Below, piece by piece: positions 12,758 to 26,700 of a stretch of DNA of 64,000 nt; positions within the stretch are counted from its first letter, which is position 1; the number at the start of each line of letters is the position of its first letter. Origin of the DNA: Macrostomum hystrix (taxonomy: Eukaryota; Animalia; Platyhelminthes); contig CATNEN010000038.1 in the NCBI GenBank assembly GCA_950097015.1, positions 32,178,001-32,242,000 on the forward strand. Reading direction: 5' to 3'. Both the position numbers and the translations under genes were made by a program. The notes under the pieces were generated by a model that worked only from the letters and a program-made list of their open reading frames with translations, was not told the DNA's origin and made no database searches.

Positions 12758-14200
12758 ATGTCCTCATTGTCAATTATACTGTTAGTACTGCTGCTGCAAT
12801 TGAATAAAAACAGCAATAGCCTTGCTGCTGCTGCGGATAATTCAGAGGATCGCCTGACTTTGTCAACTTTGTCACCAATTGTTGCTTCCGATGTTGATTG
12901 TAAATCAGCCCATGCCTCATTAGCCAGTCTTGGCCTATGGAGTATTGCTGGCGCATCCTCGACTTCTGGTCCCATCTGCGGTGGCCGATGCTGCGATTCT
13001 AGAGTCGAAGCTTTGTTAGCTTCGCTGGCCCGACGTCAATTGGCCGATCTGTTGCGCAACTATCTCACCACATCGGGTCAATGCTCGATTGATTCTTCCG
13101 CGTCTCCATTGATGCATAGGTTGCATAGGGTTAAAATAGATCTGCCAGCAACTATGGCGTCCATTGCTACACTGGACTGTCTAGTCCAACGCATTCGATT
13201 GGTTTTCTGCAGTATTTGTCGCGGAGAACAAGCAGCCTTTGAAGTTGCAAGTTGGTCTGTCGAAAATCTGGGACAATGTCTAACGCCATTGCGTCCGCTG
13301 TCAAAAACTTGGGACCAGCTGATTGATATAGAAATTTCTCGCAACATCGCAACTGGTACCAGTGCTTGCTTAAAATCAATGCGCGGCCTTTTAAACTTTG
13401 AAGGCCTGCTAAACAAATGCAAGCGAATGCCATGCACTTCCCCACCTTCGCCCAGCTCGGATAGTTACTTAACATCTGTCAAGCCGTTGTCTGTGTTGCG
13501 TTTAATTAACATTCTGCAAGGCACAGCAGCTGACGACAGGCAGAGACTGCGAAGATTTGCCCAGCGCGTCGACGGCAGCGGCGGTGCAGCTCCGCCATCG
13601 CCGTTGTCTAATTCGCCAGCGTCCGGCGATCGGCAGCCACCGATTGGCGCCAGAGTCGGCGTCGGCAATGCAACATCAAGATCGGAGTCAAAAATTGGTG
13701 GCGCAACGTCCGGTGACGATGCTCAGCCGCCGCCGCCGCCACATAGGCCTCCACTTGTTCCAACCCTTCTGCCGCCGTCGCAGAATCATAATCAGCAGCA
13801 GCAGCGTCCAACTGTTGCAACGCCAGACGTTGACAAACCCGACACTGGGGCATCTGGCGACACTGAGCCTCCGGTGCTACCGTCGCAGACGCCAATAGTT
13901 GACATTTTCCCGCCAATCCCGGATCCTCGCCAGCCACCGCCGTCGGACCTCTGGCTTCCAAAAACCTATCCGGACGGCGAGGGCGAAGCCGGCGGCGCTG
14001 TTGGCAATCGCGGCGAAGGCTCGATTCACGGCCCGCAGATGGTTGCTATGCGAGGCCAGAGACGGGAGTGCCTGTACGCTGACTCGGCTAGGTGCGCTGG
14101 TAGCGCCGCGGCTCGATTCGGCCCCAGCCTTCTCAGCGTTGCTACTTGCGCAACTGTCGCCCTAGTGGCCTCAATCTTTGCCGTTGAAAGCTGTCAGTAG
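12758..14200 (+). CDS. Intronless, divergent and shortened glypican-like GPI-anchored proteoglycan
   Basis: Signal peptide; ICGGRCCDSRVEALL and CLVQRIRLVFCSICRG...ENLGQCL...WDQLID resemble glypican Cys motifs; Ser-Gly sites near acidic residues (DGSGG, TSGDD, ASGDT); hydrophobic C-terminal GPI-type signal. Confidence 0.72.
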   Translation: MSSLSIILLVLLLQLNKNSNSLAAAADNSEDRLTLSTLSPIVASDVDCKSAHASLASLGLWSIAGASSTSGPICGGRCCDSRVEALLASLARRQLADLLRNYLTTSGQCSIDSSASPLMHRLHRVKIDLPATMASIATLDCLVQRIRLVFCSICRGEQAAFEVASWSVENLGQCLTPLRPLSKTWDQLIDIEISRNIATGTSACLKSMRGLLNFEGLLNKCKRMPCTSPPSPSSDSYLTSVKPLSVLRLINILQGTAADDRQRLRRFAQRVDGSGGAAPPSPLSNSPASGDRQPPIGARVGVGNATSRSESKIGGATSGDDAQPPPPPHRPPLVPTLLPPSQNHNQQQQRPTVATPDVDKPDTGASGDTEPPVLPSQTPIVDIFPPIPDPRQPPPSDLWLPKTYPDGEGEAGGAVGNRGEGSIHGPQMVAMRGQRRECLYADSARCAGSAAARFGPSLLSVATCATVALVASIFAVESCQ

Positions 14201-14417
14201 TGCAACCTGTTTACTCCCAACTTTTGCAACAGGCATTCTGGAAAAATGTAAACGACAATCACACATATGCTCGATCATGCTAACTAACGCGAGTATGTGC
14301 AGCTTTTTATTATTTTAATCTAAGAAAACAATTGTCTGTTTTCTTAGATTGAACATTTTATTGTGTATCATCTAATACCACGTCATATACACCATATTAC
14401 CTTCTTTTGAACAGATA

Positions 14418-15332
14418 CGAGGTCTGTCCGGCGAAAAATAGGACTAACGCTCTATTTTAAACACTATGCATTGTTTTGGACTAAAATAGCCATATACTAA
14501 AAAAAGAACGTGTCTGCTTCATAGCCTATCATTTCTAACTTCTAGCTCAAACTGTCGCGCTACAGCTCGTTTATAACTTTAGTACCCACGCGATTTTTCG
14601 AGGCATTGTTCTATAGCTTTTGCTATAGTTAAAATAGTGAAAAAGAGAGGTTGTTGTGGACTTCTTCAAAGCAGGAAAGTCAGCTGTGGAGTGCTTGAGC
14701 CACTTAAAGGACATTTACCAGGATGAAGCCTTGTCCTAAAGTCAAGTTTATCACATCTTCGATCAACTGCGCTCCGGTCATGATGGCTCAGATGGTCGCG
14801 GCCAGAAACGGGAGCCGTCTGTACGGGTCCCAGGCAACATTGCGACTGTTGTCTTCTTTGACTCGCAGGGCCTGGTGTACACGCACTATGTTCTGCATGG
14901 GCAGATAGTGAACAGTGTTTATTACTGCGGAATGTTGGACACGTTGAGGAACCACATCAGGCGAAAGCGAACCATCTTGGTCCAGAGAGGCTGGTTCCTG
15001 CTTCAGGACAATGCACGCCCGCATGTGTCGGCGAGGACCCAGGAGCACCTGCTCAGGACAGGCATCCAGGTTGTGCCTCACCTAGCTTAAGTCGCCTGAT
15101 TTTGTTCCCGCGGACTTTTGGCTGTTCCCAAAAGTCAAATCCAGCATCGCAGGTTGCTGATTTGAAAATGAATAACAGGTGCAGAAGCCTTTGCTGAGGC
15201 CTTTGTCAAGTGGCTGACGTGGTGGCAGAGGTGTATTAAGAGAGCTGGACACTGTTGAAAATTAACTGGGTTTTTGTTAGCACAAGTTTTTTTAAATACA
15301 GCGCTAGTCATATTTTTGCCGTACAGCCCTCG
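14418..15332 (+). mobile_element. Degenerate mariner (DD34D-type) element
   Basis: TA-flanked imperfect TIRs (CGAGGTCTGTCCGG... / ...CGTACAGCCCTCG); fragments LLQDNARPH and SPDFVPADFWLFPK. Confidence 0.88.
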
Positions 15333-16324
15333 TATAATTCATAATCTACCTTGGATTAGATCTATCATATAATCTGCCTTTGGATATATTTACCTTATCA
15401 TCTAGCTTTTGATAAGTATACCATATAATATTATATATAGATCTACCATAGAGTTTACCTTTGAGTAGACAGGTGTACTATATTAATTTCATATCTAACA
15501 TCGCATCTATGCGTTGATAGATGCATAAAAAAAGTAAGTAGCAATCTAATCTACTTACGAGTCTACCATTCGATCTGATACAAGACCAGCTAATTATTGT
15601 GTTCGCAGTATCTACCTTTCCTACATATAGCTTTTTAAGCCTAAACAATTTTAAATGTAAGGAGCTGCTATTTTGTATTAGGTTTTTTGTTTGAACGTTG
15701 TGAAATATGTCAGAAATTAGCACCTCTATTTGAGAATTTTTCTCTCTAACTGATGTTTTCAATAATTGACCGCTTAGCATCATTCGCAAAGTTTTTTTCG
15801 CACGACTTTTACAGCATAAAAGTGTTTATTTTCTATTTTAACATCATGTAATTTTACAATTTTTCACCACCGAGGTGATAAAAATAAAGTTATTTTTTTG
15901 CAGAGAACACTTCAGTTTTACAGTATTGTCTTTTAAAAGAATATATATATTTTTCTATATTAAGAAAAATTGTTCTGTACATCGTGGATAGAAATGTTGT
16001 GCAATACTGCTAATTGATCTACTATTTCATTAAATATATAATTGTGTATCTTCTAAATACAGCTTTTTCACTTACTTCAGTACAGACAGTTTATTAACAA
16101 TTTTACACATTATACTTATAATATTTACAATATGTGGGCTACAGATTCTGAAAAGAGTGCTGGAAAAACACTTGTATTTTTGTTTCGTTAGTCACATGTA
16201 ACAATTGAAACTTAAATGAATTGTTTTGAATGTGAAATACAACGATTAAACATTTTCTTGGATTGTGTGTACTCTTTTCTTTTGTTTTGATAATAATTTA
16301 TACGACATTTTGTTCTATTAAGTG

Positions 16325-17098
16325 CCATTCTGTCACTGTAATTCTCCCTTTAACTCCCCATTCTGTCACTGTAATTCCACCTCCAACTCCCCATTCTGTC
16401 ACTGCGATTCCACCTTCAACTCCCCATTCTGTCACTGCAATTCCACCTCCAACTCCCCATTCTGTCACTGCAATTCCACCTTCAACTCCCCATTCTGTCA
16501 CTGCAATTCCACCTCCAACTCCCCATTCTGTCACTGCAATTCCACCTCCAACTCCCCATTCTGTCACTGCAATTCCACCTTCAACTCCCCATTCTGTCAC
16601 TGCAATTCCACCTCCAACTCCCCATTCTGTCACTGTAATTCCACCTTCAACTCCCCATTCTGTCACTGCAATTCCACCTTCAACTCCCCATTCTGTCACT
16701 GTAATTCCACCTTCAACTCCCCATTCTGTCACTGCAATTCCACCTCCAACTCCCCATTCTGTCACTGTAATTCCACCTTCAACTCCCCATTCTGTCACTG
16801 CAATTCCACCTTAAACTCCCCATTCTGTCACTGCAATTCCACCTCCAACTCCCCATTCTGTCACTGCAATTCCACCTTCAACTCCCCATTCTGTCACTCT
16901 AATTCTCCCTTCAACTCCCCATTCTGTCACTGTAATTCCACCTTTAACTCCCCATTCTGTCACTGCAATTCCACCTTCAACTCCCCATTCTGTCACTGCA
17001 ATTCCACCTCCAACTCCCCATTCTGTCACTGTAATTCCACCTTCAACTCCCCATTCTGTCACTCTAATTCTCCCTTTAACTCCCCAGTCCGTCACTAA
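16325..17098. repeat. 33-bp minisatellite (CCATTCTGTCACTGCAATTCCACCTCCAACTCC)
   Basis: About 23 tandem units. Confidence 0.97.
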
Positions 17099-17730
17099 TT
17101 TCCCATGAACGCTCTCGCTCCCTATTTCAGAAGCCTTAGCTAGCAAGGGGCCTCACAAAAGGTTTGTAAAGATTTTTCTTCTTGCTCAAGCGAAACTATT
17201 GCTGTTTTAAGTTTTCTAGTGTCCAACTAGCTAAAGCTCTGATGAGTATGCATTTTTCATCAATTCTTCTGGTTCCAAGTTCTTGCCGTTTAATGCTGTC
17301 TTTCCAATAATCCTTACAGAGCCTTGACTGCCTCTTTGGGGATTATATCATCGATCAGGCTTGGGATTAGGGCTATTGGCTGATGCACCTAAGAGGTAAT
17401 TATAGCATATGTTTCGAAGGCTTGTTTCACCAATCTCTTATCTCTAAATTGGTCTTGTTTCTTCACGCTTGGTGATTCGCCTGTTGAGTGAATGGTCTAA
17501 TATCTAATTCTTAATTAATTCATTGTTAATGATTTTTTACGTTAAATGATATTCACTAATTGTACTGAATCTCATTATATTACTGGTTTTTTTAAACAAA
17601 ATCGAATGCAATTGTTTTCAGTTTCTGCAATTGTCACAATCAACAGGGACACGGCTTTTCAAATTGGAGTTGCAGCAATCTACAGTATTTAAACGCAAAC
17701 AGATACATAATTGATGCTTGAATAGAGCAT

Positions 17731-20700
17731 ATGGCTACTACTAATCAGAAGCAGCAGCCTCCTGTGCCAGCCCAGGTGCAGCAGCAGCAGCAGCAAGCAC
17801 AGAATGGCGGCAGCGGCGGTGCCAGTTTTAGCAGGAGTCGCGACCGCAGTCGCAGTCCTCGCGGTAGTCGAAGCAGTCGCGATCGAAGCAGTCGCGATCG
17901 GGACAGGGATCGGGATCGGGATCGCGATCGAAACAGGGATCGGGATCGGGACAGAGAGAGAGGTGGCAGGCCGCATCAGGCAGGAGGTCGCGGTGGCGGC
18001 GGTCCTCCATTTGGCCGCGATCGGGATCGGGATCGGGATCGGGATCGAGATCGAGATCGAGATCGAGATCGAGATCGAGATCGAGACAGGGAACGCGATC
18101 GGGACAGTGATCGAGATCGGGACGAGCGCGGCGGTGGCAGCTCCATGCCGGGTTATCAGCCGTTCCAGCAGCAGCAGCAGCAGCAGCAGCAGCTAGCGCC
18201 ACCGCCGGTGCCACCTCCAGCGGGAGGTTTTGAACAGCCTCGAGCATTGGCCTATCAGTCTCAGCAGCAGATTACGCAGCGGCAGCAGCCGTTGCACCCG
18301 AATGAGCGACCTTTCGATGCCGCTGTGATAGCCGTATCAGCGGAAGTCCGGTGAGTTACTCAATTGGAGATATGATCGGGTTTACTAGAGTAACGAGGAA
18401 TTGTCTTGTGATGTAAGGGTGTCTCTAGACACAAATGATTTTCTGTGATTTAATGGTATCTATAGTCATTGAGAAAGTATCTGTAATATAAAGGTGTCTC
18501 TGGACAGATTTTGGAAGTGTCTTTGTTATTGGGGTGTCTTTGGACAGATTGAGGAAAAGTCTGTCGTAGTAGGATGTGGGGTGTCTCTCGATTAGTGTAA
18601 AACGTCTGTAATATAAGGGTCTCTAGAAAGATTGAGGAAGTGTCTGATATAAGGGTGTCTCTAGACAGATTAAGGAAGTGTCTGTGATATAAGGGTGTCT
18701 CTAGACAGATTGAGGAAGTGTCTGTAATATGAGGGTGTCTATTGATACATTGTTAAAATACCTATAATATACGGTATCTAAATAGATAATAGATTATTGT
18801 GATGTGACGAGAAAATTATTATTAAAGGTTGTCATTTTTTACGTCGTTCATTAGTTTTTACCTATGCGTGTCTCTGGACTTGTGTATCTATTTCGTATAT
18901 TATGTTAGTTATTCGCTGTACATGCTATATTAAAGCTCGGGTTTCAATCAATAAGAGTGTCCATTTAGTACATTACAAGCGCTTTACATTTCCCTGTGGG
19001 TAAGCCTACTTAACTAGTGCGTATAAAAAGGCTAAATCTCTATGCTCTTAGCCAGTTGCAACTTTTTTCAAGTATCGTTTGATTCCTTATCCTACTAGCT
19101 CAGGCTCTTGACCTCTTCTCTCATGAGACTTTTGATAGATTGGGCCATGTTCTACTGGTTTAGTACTCGTCAATGGCTAACTTACTGTGACTTTACTGTA
19201 CTGTTATGCGCACCCAACTGGCTAAAAAGGGCTGAATTCATTTTTTGCTGGCTGTGTAGTCGATGAATGTAAATATGACACAGTTTGTGGCATGAAAAAA
19301 CTGATGGTTCCGTATACAAACGGGCACGGACAGGCACAGTTCTGCTGTGACAGACAGACACCCAGAACAGACACTTAACACGGACCCAAAACAGACAGCC
19401 AGACACCCAAAACAGACAGACAAACAGACAGATACCCAGAACAGACAGACACCCAGAACAGACAGACACCCAAAACAGACAGACAGACACTATTACCAGT
19501 GTATGTGTGTTTATGTAGACGTTTCATTTGATAATGTCTTACCTGGACCTCCGAATTTTCAATCGAAACATGAAATGTTAAGTCAAATGCGATTTAAAGA
19601 ACTAGAATTGTTTGCTTTTTAAACTGGAGGAGGCGCTGATTAGAAGAAAATGGAGTTAATGCCTCGTGTGTGAGGCATTGCCTCGTGTGTAGACCGGTTT
19701 AGGTGGACCAACTTTTTATGCGTTTTAGGTGGACCCAGAAAATTAGGTTTAACGTTCTGACAAAGTGAATGATTTCAATTACTCTTACATCATTCCGAAC
19801 GATCACTCAATTTATTCATGAAACAAAGCGTTCCATGAGGATATGATAGCAAAGTTACAAAGCCGGCTTCATTGACAAAACTAGGCTTTTGTTTGAATAA
19901 AATTTCCGCGAATTTTAAGTACAAATTCAGCCCTCATCCTGTGTTTGATAATTAAAGCACATTTTTCACTCGTTAGTCCTGTAATGTATTTAAAATATTC
20001 CTTAAAATCTGTAGATTTAGCTCGTAGTTAGTTCAAGCTAAACCCTCCCTACACAACTCGCATACATCAATGATGTATGTTGGCAGTGGCTAATAATGTT
20101 ATAATTGTGTTAACTGTCTCTGATAAAGCTTTGAAAAAGTCTTATTTCACATCTTGTTAAATTATGATAGAAAGAAGGAAACTTTCAAATTTCCGGCCTT
20201 CCATTGAAAGCACGAAGCTTTTATCGGTACAAACGATAAAAAGTGATAACGCTTTTATTTGGTCACTTCAGGTGAATTTATTAGTTATTAAAAAGAAAAC
20301 TAAAATTTGAACTAATAATTAGTAAACCTATTGATTTTTCACCTAACTACTTTTTCGGTTTTTCATTCAAATGCTAAATCTAATAAATCAACCCAAATGA
20401 AAAGCTGAAAATGCTTTCCTTATTAATGTAGTGTAAGTAAATATTCTGGTTTATCCAAAATACCAGCGCAGTTTAAGTAGGGTGAGAAAAAACGTGGCTT
20501 AACCAAAAAAATACCAGCGCACTTTAGCGCAGTTAAATTGCACCAAAATTCGAAAGCTTGACATTTGTTTGAAAATATGAACCATTTTTTCAATCTGGGT
20601 TTTTTCAATCCAATCTGCTGAAAAGGAAGCCACAAAAGACAGCTGATTTTACATGTATGTAGGAGCGGATAGAAGGGACTAGAAGCTGTGACCTTTAAGC

Positions 20701-23700
20701 GACGGAAATTCTTCACAAAATTGTATTATGATTTGTACTCGTAAATAGGTTACTATACAGAAATACTAGCTGCCTTTCCGTCGGACCCCTGCTTCTAGAA
20801 CAAAAATATCTGTATTCGCGCCAACTGCATGTACACTCGTAGTTTTGTTTTTTTAGTTGCGTGATTGAGTAGAAAATGAAATGCTTGAGGCGTTCTATCG
20901 AGACTACTTGAGGTTTGCCCTTGATCTCTAGGGTCATTGTGTCGGCGGAGCGGTGGATGACCTTGAAAGGGCCCTGATATGGTGCTTCCAATGGTTTTCT
21001 CACACGATCTAATCGTGTAAATTCACAGGTCGATAGGTCGGGCGGAAGGTGAACTGGTCGATGCTGCGTCCGTGGCAGTCGGTACGGGAAGAATAAACCG
21101 TAAAGGCTTTGTGCGAGTTTTCTATTGTTGGAGTCGTCAGTAACGACAGGCGAAACAAGTGGCTGTTCGCCGGTTACGGTAGAAAAGGGAGAGTTACTAG
21201 TGTCATCCGGATGAATGCGCAGACCAAAAAAACGACATTCAGTTGAGATAGCCATAAACGACCTCGTGCGCTAAGACTGGCTTTGAGAAAGCGATGAGAA
21301 CGTTCTATCATCCCGTTAGCTGTAAGCTGAGATGCGAATGTGGTGAACACCGAGAAGGGTCACCTGGTCGGCCATCAGCTCTGAGCGAAACTGCGTCCCT
21401 TGATCAGTAACCAGGGTTAATGGTGGTCCAAAGCGGCAAACCCAATGGTCGACAAAAGCACGCGTGGCTGCAGCGGCCGAAATGGTTTGCAGCGGAACGG
21501 CTTCAATCCAAAGAGTAAATGAATCGATTACGGTGAGAAGGTAGCGGGGCTGCGGTGTCGATAAGTCGTCGGGTTCCGGAGGTGGAAGTGGTCCCACTAA
21601 ATCCATGTGGACAGTCGTAAAACGCTGTGTGGGGCACGTAGGAAATGAAGTGGGCGTTGAATGTGGCGCCCAATTTTGGCGGCTTGGCACTGGAGACATG
21701 AAGCTATCCAATTCTGTACGTCGGATTTCATGCATGGCCAAAAAACGATAGGCAACGAGGCGTAGTGTGGCCTTGACCCCAGCATGTGAAATTTAGTGAA
21801 GAGCTAGGACGATCGCCGACGTAGACTCTCCGGAACGAAAGGGCGAGGATTGGGCTGTGACGTCTCACAGTAGACAGTCAAGTAAACCAATGTCAAAAGG
21901 ACTAAACTGGTCACCCGGTATTCCCATTTCTTTTTGTGCTCGCGCGATTGTCGGAAGGTCGGCAGGTAGTTGAATAATTGGGTTGTCTGCGTCTTCAATT
22001 ACATGGACGGCGTATGTATCGGTGACATCGCGGGACAGTCAGCAACGACGTTTTTGGTGCCCGGGATATGTACCATTTCCGTGACGTATTCCGTGATGGG
22101 GATAATTGGCGTTGCTGTCGATCCGAAAGACGTTCTTTGGTGCTATGGAACGCGCCTATCAGTGGTTTGTGGTCGCAAAACACAGTTGTCGGATGGCCAT
22201 GAATGAGATGGCGCCAAGTTTTTACTGCAGCGAACACAGCCAGAAGCTCACGGTCGAAGGCGCTGTATGAGCATTCGCTAGTTGTTAGCTTACGTGAGAA
22301 AAACGCTATCGGTGAGGAGTTTCCTTTAACTACCTGAAGGAAGACTGGCACCAATCGCAAAAGAACTGGCGTCGGACTTTATGGTCAAAGTAGCTGTAGG
22401 ATCAGGAAAGGCGAGGGTAACAGCGGAGGATAAACTATCCTTAAGTTGTTGGAAAGCTGCATCATGGTAAGCAGTCCACTCGTAGGAGTCATCACTCAAT
22501 GATCGAAGAGGTTAAATAATGTGGGCGTAGTTCGGAATATGACGTTGAAGCGGAACGTTGACGCTGAAGAAAGGGGAAGGACGTCCGGTTACGGCGACCA
22601 TGCTATTGGCGATCCTGGCAAATACATCTAACAGGCTGCTCTTGTGGGCGACCAAAGCACACCTGATGTTGGTTCGAAGCGCGGCGATCAAACGTGCCTT
22701 AACAATGGCGTCGTCCACCTGTAGCCCAACATCTGCGAAACGGCCTTGAATGTCGTTGACCAACTGAGTGGGTCGTCGCTGACCGAGTTCAACGCGGCCG
22801 CCAACGCCTCTTCAATAAGAAGGTGTCGAACCGCGCGGAGGTTGTTCAATACCGCGGATTTCAACTCTTCGTAATTCGTAGTGACCGTGATATTACAAGC
22901 CCCCTCTTCGGGAAGGGCCGAAAGAGCATAGTGGTATTTGGTCGTAGAGTTGGTAATGCCAGATAGGACAAACTGGGATTCCAGCTGTCGGAACCAAGTT
23001 TCCGGATACTTCCGGTAAAACATCGGAGGTCGTACTGTGCTGCGGATTACTTCTTGAGTAGCCGCAGGCGTGGGCGCAGGCGCTGGCACTGGTACTGCTG
23101 CTTCGAGTGGATCCATTGCATTTCTGTGTCTTCCTGCAGCTGGCGTGGATTGAGGTCCGGTCTGGTGTCTGTTCCGTCAGATTCCTCAAGCATTCGGTGA
23201 AATGCACGCTTGAATGCTGCGTCTTCCTCTGCTGGCCGTTTAACATGCAGATGTTAAACTTTTTTCGCTTCGATTTTATTGCATTTTTTAGGCAGTGGCT
23301 CATAAAGAGGATCCTCATTTTCAGAATCAGTTGGAGATTTAATGCTCAACTTTCTCTTTTTCGTGATTTGCTTGAGCGACAAAGGTGCACCACGATGATG
23401 AAGTTCCTCGTGTTGTAGCTATGATGTTCACTCTCCTCTTGGCCTACTCGCAATGGTAATTTAAATTGCTCATGACGAGCAGTCTTGCTCGGCGAAGGAG
23501 GCTGCTTGCATTCCTTCTCCTCTGGGCCAATTTGTGGCGACATTTTTCTTCTTTTCAAGGTCGATCGAGTAGCAACTTTCTCGAGACATTCTTCTTTGGC
23601 CCCTCCTGATTTCTTCGGAGTTTTTTTTTCGTATTTTTCTTCTCGACTTGTATACAATTGTTTTTTGGTTCTTCAATATCAGTATCAATGTCATTAAACT

Positions 23701-26700
23701 CAATCTCTTCTAGCTTTTTTCCTTTAAGCTGATCCAGCTTTCCAGCCTCAATCCCCAACATCAGCTTGCCAACCTTGGCGAGCTCAATCGTTCTTTCGTG
23801 AATTCGATAGAATGTCTGATGTACCTGGATGCTATGACCTAAGTGTCTTGAAGGCCAGCCTAATTCATTCTCATTTAGTTCAAGAACTTGAGATGCCGTT
23901 GCAACATACTTTCTTAACTTAGTCGAAGCTAGACGTTCAGGGTGCCTTAATTCTTTGCAAGATGAGATCACGTTTTGAATTGCTTCGAATGGTGACATAT
24001 GCCTTAGACCATTTAGCTGGCAGAAAACATACTCGTTTTCGGCTGAGGCAAGACGAGTACTGATCAGACCATCTATTAAAACACCAACTTCTTTAGGAAC
24101 CAGCAGAGGCACAGGGTTTTCCGCCCGCTTACCTCGAACGCGTGGAAGCAGCAATAAGCTCAGCCGTTTTTTCCTGTTTGAAGGCTCAGCTATATTTTAA
24201 TTTGTGACCTCAGTTAATGCCTGCTTCAAGAAGTACGTTATACACTTAATGTTATTACGTTATACACTGTAAAGAAATGTCTTCTGTCAGAGGCAAAGTA
24301 TCACATTTGTCGAGCTTTCGCTCCTTAAGCGTGAGAAGCGCCGCTGTTGAGACTTTTCGTTTCTAAATGCTGTCAAAGACAATAAAGTTGCGCCTGTCCT
24401 CTACTTTTCTGGGAATATCAGCTTTTAAAGCTGAGACAAGTGAGATTTCGGCAGCAGTTTTTAAATGAAAGCCGATTTTCAGTGCGATAGATGGAACATC
24501 AAAACTATCTTATGTCGCTTCACTTTGCTAATAAAACCTGCAACTTGCTTCGTTGCAGCTACAAGGTCATCAAAGTTAGCAGCAGTTAAAATGTTCTCTA
24601 AGTTAATTAAAGGCTTATCGACCCTCTCTCTAAATGCCATCAATAAGCGAGCTAGTTCTCTCATTTTCGCTGTTTCGATTTACCTGCCTGTTTTTCTAGA
24701 GTCAATAGACTGTCCTAGAGTCAATAGCAAATTATCGCTGCGCACAACTAAAGAAACTTCATATTTTTTCATCTTGGATAATAGATCTTCATACTCCTTT
24801 GGAAAAATTGTTGGTAGACCAGAAGAAAGTAACAAGCAGTGACCTTGGGAGACCGCATCTGACCGACATGTAGATTCGGACTTCGGTTTGTATTTGCACC
24901 GGGTCCAGTGGCGGCTAATATCTCGTCGATTAAAAAAGCCGAAGCAGTAGATGCATGGGATGTATTGCTTAGAATCTTCGGAACGATCGGCATTCTCCCT
25001 ACAGACAATAATCTCACTATTCTTCTCCCTTCGAAGTACCGCAATGTTGTGGTTGAAGCCGCCAAGTTGACGTAGTTTGTCCATTGCTAAGTCGTATCCT
25101 ATGAAAAGAGTAAATTCATAATAAAGAGATAGAGATTCGGAGGATAAAAAACTACCTTTTAAACGCAGCTAAAATTCTTGTCAGTCTTACCTTCAGACTT
25201 TTCTCCATATGAAACTGCTCGTTTAACGTCAAGCTCTGAGCCATGAATCCGGACAATATGCTGACGAAGTTTGGAAAACAACTGGTTACAATAAAGACAG
25301 TTGTGACGTTTTTTCAAATGACTGAATTTGAGGCTTTTTAAAAGCTGAAAATTCAGCATCGCCAGATTTTGCTATTTCTTCGAGAGAAGGATACAGACCA
25401 TTGTCAAAACAGGACAAAGAATGTAATTCAAATTCACTGAAGTCAAATACCGATAGGTCTTTCTCATTGTCAATAGCGCCAGATTGATTTACACCTGCAC
25501 TACCACGCTTATCTGAAACTCCAGTTCTAGATACAGACTCGATGACAACGACTTCATCTTCATTTTCCGACTGCATCCTAATCAACCTTCTAACTACGAT
25601 GATTTGGTACCTTTAAACTCTGGTTAGCTTGCTCAACTGGCGAAGTCAGAATCGACTTTAAAGCTTCGTCTTTACTTGCTCGAAGATTGTTACTGGCCGG
25701 GAAGTCGTAGCCTTCGGCTCAACATTACATACGACATTCGGTGAGCCAGTGGACGCTCGCGATGAGGTCTCCTCCATGGGGACAGTGACGTTGCTGGCCA
25801 TCTGTGAAATAAGAGTATTTGTGAGGCTTGACAGAACGGGACAAAAGTGAAAACACCACCTTTGTGAGAGGAGATTAAGCTGGACCCCAGGACTAGCAGT
25901 TGTTAGAAAGAGTCTACTGCCAACATACATCATTGATCGCGAGTTGTGTAGGAAGGGATTAGCTGGACCCCAGGACTAGCAGTTGTTAGTAAGAGAAATC
26001 TTGAAGAACCAATTGAATGTTTTTCATTAGGGTGGCATTTCGAGGCCCTGTACAGTAGTAAATAAAAAGAAAGGTTTGAGTAAGAAGCCTTCATTCCGTT
26101 TCTGTACAGCTCCTTGAATGCATAGTCTGTGGGATAGCGGGTTCCTCGGTTCCTTACTAATTAAACGAATTTTGAAGTGAAGTTGTCAAAATTCGAGCAC
26201 ATTTCGCGTCTGTTTGTCAGAACAGACAGACACCCAAAAACAGACAGACACCCAGAACAGACACACCCACCCAGAAATACCAGTGTCTGTGTGTTTAGCA
26301 GGACCAGAGTTTAGTTAATGCATTAGGTGGACCACCTAGTTTCCAAATAAAACCGGTGTCTATTGTGTCTTCACGAAAGGTTAGCGTGAGTTATTTTTTT
26401 GTTAAGCCCACAGATTAGCCATCTCGTGGAAACTGCGTGTCACTTTTAACTGGGATAGCTGGACCAGGCCGGACCTGTTTAGGTGGACCTCAAAAATGAC
26501 ACCGTTTAGGTGGACCATCATTTATGGTATTTATGATAGCAGACAATTGTGGTAATTATCGATCCGGTACTGTTAACACGAGAAAAGACAACAATCAGTC
26601 ACGTGACAGAAGCAACAAATGCAATATGTAATAAAGCGCAAATAATGCATTCAATTCCACTTTGCTTCGGAGCCAATAATCGTCAATCCTTACTAACAAG

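Larger units (their letters stand above)
19494..26215 (-). mobile_element. Crypton-like tyrosine-recombinase element, unit A (decayed; contains Gypsy fragment)
   Basis: End sequence TACCAGTGTATGTGTGTTTA shared with unit B; paired TTTAGGTGGACC at 19698 and 19724; YR gene remnants at 23346-25585. Right boundary approximate. Confidence 0.7.

Noticed and set aside
17689-18247. Alternative-frame and antisense ORFs with GI/EI/DP/DL repeats
   Set aside because: They are shadows of the GATCGG/GATCGA hexamers encoding the NCOA5 RD repeat.
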